A program made the position numbers and the translations under genes. This document shows, one piece after another, positions 61,435 to 64,000 of a DNA stretch of 64,000 nucleotides. Position 1 is the stretch's first letter. Each line of letters starts with the position of its first letter. The stretch is from Candidatus Eiseniibacteriota bacterium (GTDB lineage Bacteria > Eisenbacteria > RBG-16-71-46). Below the pieces are notes generated by a model. The model made no database searches and was not told the DNA's origin. It saw only the letters and a list, made by a program, of their open reading frames with translations. The stretch is from positions 3,463 to 67,462 of the forward strand of contig JACRIW010000042.1 of the NCBI GenBank assembly GCA_016215625.1, given 5' to 3'.

Positions 61435-64000
61435 ATGTCCATCACTCCCGGTACCCGGCTCGGCCCTTACGAAATCCTCGCGCCCATCGGCGCAGGCGGA
61501 ATGGGTGAGGTTTACCGTGCGCGCGACACGCGGCTCGCGCGCGACGTCGCGGTGAAGATCCTGCCGCCCGGCTTCGCCGCCAACGAAGACCTGCGCACGC
61601 GCTTCGAGCGCGAAGCCAAGACCATCTCGTCGCTCAACCACCCGAACATCTGCACGCTGTTCGACGTGGGGCACGAGCACGACACGCACTACCTGGTGAT
61701 GGAGCTGATCGAGGGCGAGTCGCTGGCCGATCGCCTGGCCAAGGGTCCGCTGCCGCTCGAGCAGGTGCTGCGCTACGGCTCGCAGATCGCCGATGCGCTG
61801 GGCCGCGCGCACCGGCAGGGGATCGTGCACCGCGACCTGAAGCCGGCCAACGTGATGATCACCAAGACCGGCGCCAAGCTGCTGGACTTCGGGCTCGCGC
61901 GGTCGGGGCCCGAGTCGTCGCCCGTGCAGGGACTGACCGAGGCGATGACGCAGGCCAAGCCGTTGACGCAGCAGGGCACGATCCTGGGCACGTTCCAGTA
62001 CATGGCGCCCGAGCAGCTCGAGGGCATCGAAGCCGATGCTCGCACCGACGTATTCGCGTTCGGCGCACTGCTGTACGAGATGGCCACGGGCAAGCGCGCG
62101 TTCGAGGGCGCCACGCGCACTTCGCTGATCGCCGCGATCGTGTCGGCGTCGCCGCGCCCCATGGGCGAGCTGATTCCGCTGACGCCGCCGGCGCTCGAGC
62201 ACGTGGTGCGGCGCTGCCTGGAGAAGGACCCCGACGACCGCTGGCAGAGCGCCGCGGACATCGGCAACCAGCTGCGCTGGATCTCCGAAGCCGGATCGCG
62301 CGTGGGCGAACCCGCTCCGCTCGCGGCACGCCGCCCGTTCCGTCTGCGCGCCTCGTGGGGACTGCACGTCGTCACGGCGGCCGTGGCCGCGCTCGCCGTC
62401 TTCGCGGCGATTGCGCTGACGCGAAAGCCGAGCCCCGTGGTGACCACGTCGATCCTGCCTCCCAAGGACATGCACTTCGACGCCAACCTCGGCGCCGCGA
62501 CACTGTCGCCCGATGGCAGCCACGTCGCCTACGTGGTCGTCGGCGCCGACGGCAGGAGCATGCTGTGCATTCGGAGTCTCTCCGTCGGTGCAACCCAACC
62601 GCTGCCGGGCACGGAGGGCGCCACGCACCCGTTCTGGTCACCCGACAGCCGGCAGGTGGGCTTCTTCGCCGGGGGCAAGCTGCGCAGGATCGATGCGGCG
62701 GGCGGACCCGCACAGGTGGTGTGCGACGCGATCTCCGGACGCGGCGGCGCCTGGTCACCCAACGGCACGATCCTGTTCACGCCCAACACGGGCATGGCGC
62801 TCCAGCGCGTGCCGGCGACCGGTGGGACCGCGGTGGACGAAACGGCGCTCGACACGACGCGCTTCGAGATTTCCCACCGTTACGCCGAGTTCCTGCCCGA
62901 CGGCAAGCACTACTTGTTCCTGGTGGAGTCCGCGACAGGAACGACGGACACCGACCAGGGGTTCGCGGTCTTTGCCGGGGAGCTCGGATCGAAGAAGAAG
63001 AAGCTGGTCGTGGCGACGACCGGCCAGGCGCGGTATTCGCCGGCGACCGGACGCCTGCTGTTCCTGCGCTCCGGAGCGCTGGTCGCGCAGCCGTTCGACG
63101 TGCGGACGCAGAAGTTGTCGGGCGAGGCGGTGCCGGTCGCGGAGAACGTGCGGCGCAGCAACCGCTGGGAGGCGCTGTTCACCCTTTCGCGGTCCGGGAT
63201 GCTCGTGTACAGCACCGGCAGCAGCAACGAGCCGCACCAGCTGGTGATGATCGGCCGCGAGGGCAAGGACATGGGGATCGTCGGCAAGACGACCGCCGAT
63301 TATTCGTCACCGAAGTTTTCGCACGATGCGAGGCGAGTGGCCGTGGGGATCCTGGATCCGTCCACGCAGAAGACCGACGTGTGGGTGATGGATGTGGTGC
63401 GCGGCACGTCGACACGGCTCACGTTCGATCCCGAGAACGACGGCGGCCCCGCGTGGTCGCGTGACGACCGGACGATCTTCTTTGGCGGGACCCGTAGCGG
63501 GCGTGGCGACATCTTCGCCAAGTCGAGTTCCGGAACCGGCGCGGACTCGTTGGTCTACGCGAGCCCATACCAGGATGTGGTCGCTCGCGTATCGGCGGAT
63601 GGAGCTTCTGCCTGGCTGATTTCCAACCAGAGCAAGACGTCGTGGGACATTTTCCGGCTCGACCTGGCGAGCGGAAAGTGCGCGGCCGTGCTGGCGACGC
63701 CGTTCCTGGAAGCCGGACCGTTCACGTCGCCCGACGGCAAGTGGCTCGCGTACGCGTCGAACGAATCCGGTCGGTTCGAGGTTTACGTGCAGTCGCTGCT
63801 CGACGACGGTGGCAAGTGGCAGGTGTCCACCGAAGGCGGCACGTACATGGCATGGACGCGCGGCGGCAACGAAATTATCTACCAGTCGCCCGACCGCAAG
63901 CTGATGTCGGTGGACGTTCGGACCGAGCCCACTTTCCAGGCCGGCACGCCACAGTTGCTGTTCGACCCCCGCATGCGCGTGACGAGCTCGATGGAGTGGG
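61435..64000 (+). CDS. Receptor Ser/Thr kinase: Hanks kinase - TM - PD40 beta-propeller (K7), 3' end beyond the window
   Basis: It is not in the ORF track because there is no stop before the window end. My hand translation is open throughout. Starts MSITPGTRLGPYEILAPIGAGGMGEVYRARD. Motifs VAVKIL, HRDLKPANV, DFGLAR. TM segment LHVVTAAVAALAVFAAIAL. PD40 motifs TLSPDGSHVAY, FWSPDSRQVGF, FTSPDGKWLAY. Confidence 0.92.
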   Translation, partial: MSITPGTRLGPYEILAPIGAGGMGEVYRARDTRLARDVAVKILPPGFAANEDLRTRFEREAKTISSLNHPNICTLFDVGHEHDTHYLVMELIEGESLADRLAKGPLPLEQVLRYGSQIADALGRAHRQGIVHRDLKPANVMITKTGAKLLDFGLARSGPESSPVQGLTEAMTQAKPLTQQGTILGTFQYMAPEQLEGIEADARTDVFAFGALLYEMATGKRAFEGATRTSLIAAIVSASPRPMGELIPLTPPALEHVVRRCLEKDPDDRWQSAADIGNQLRWISEAGSRVGEPAPLAARRPFRLRASWGLHVVTAAVAALAVFAAIALTRKPSPVVTTSILPPKDMHFDANLGAATLSPDGSHVAYVVVGADGRSMLCIRSLSVGATQPLPGTEGATHPFWSPDSRQVGFFAGGKLRRIDAAGGPAQVVCDAISGRGGAWSPNGTILFTPNTGMALQRVPATGGTAVDETALDTTRFEISHRYAEFLPDGKHYLFLVESATGTTDTDQGFAVFAGELGSKKKKLVVATTGQARYSPATGRLLFLRSGALVAQPFDVRTQKLSGEAVPVAENVRRSNRWEALFTLSRSGMLVYSTGSSNEPHQLVMIGREGKDMGIVGKTTADYSSPKFSHDARRVAVGILDPSTQKTDVWVMDVVRGTSTRLTFDPENDGGPAWSRDDRTIFFGGTRSGRGDIFAKSSSGTGADSLVYASPYQDVVARVSADGASAWLISNQSKTSWDIFRLDLASGKCAAVLATPFLEAGPFTSPDGKWLAYASNESGRFEVYVQSLLDDGGKWQVSTEGGTYMAWTRGGNEIIYQSPDRKLMSVDVRTEPTFQAGTPQLLFDPRMRVTSSMEW

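Overview
Very GC-rich bacterial chromosomal segment: third codon positions are almost always G/C, so nearly every long antisense ORF in the track is a shadow. I call about 45 tightly packed protein genes. I saw no rRNA, tRNA or CRISPR array, and only one decayed IS element. Three themes stand out. (1) Seven Hanks-type Ser/Thr kinases (K1-K7) lie in 64 kb. K1-K4 and K7 carry PD40/TolB-like beta-propellers, and K2-K4 form a head-to-tail array. K5 is a kinase-FGE-alpha/beta-hydrolase fusion and K6 is a kinase-TPR protein. A GAF-PP2C phosphatase and a universal stress protein are also present. (2) There is a large secreted or cell-surface repertoire. Seven proteins end in a FlgD-Ig/T9SS-like C-terminal domain: GH16 and GH81 beta-1,3-glucanases, two FG-GAP paralogs, a roughly 20-blade propeller with a Calx-beta insert, and two unknowns. 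Three others end in a short WGRVKxxYR-type tail that I do not recognise as a described sorting signal. (3) Signs of local rearrangement cluster at 53.7-57.9 kb. A small two-gene cassette and its decayed direct copy flank a GH13 gene, next to a low-GC islet with an OMP-like gene and an IS3-family remnant. Housekeeping and metabolic genes fill the rest: Zn-ADH, aldo/keto reductase, M29 aminopeptidase, lipocalin Blc, TrmO, an AI-2E transporter, DUF885, and ChaN-PDZ plus an M1/M28/PDZ peptidase. The gene content suggests a Gemmatimonadota- or Eisenbacteria-like lineage, but that is only an inference. Start codons were chosen by eye from SD motifs, signal peptides and GC3 and may be off by a few codons. 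All family names come from motif recognition, not from searches.
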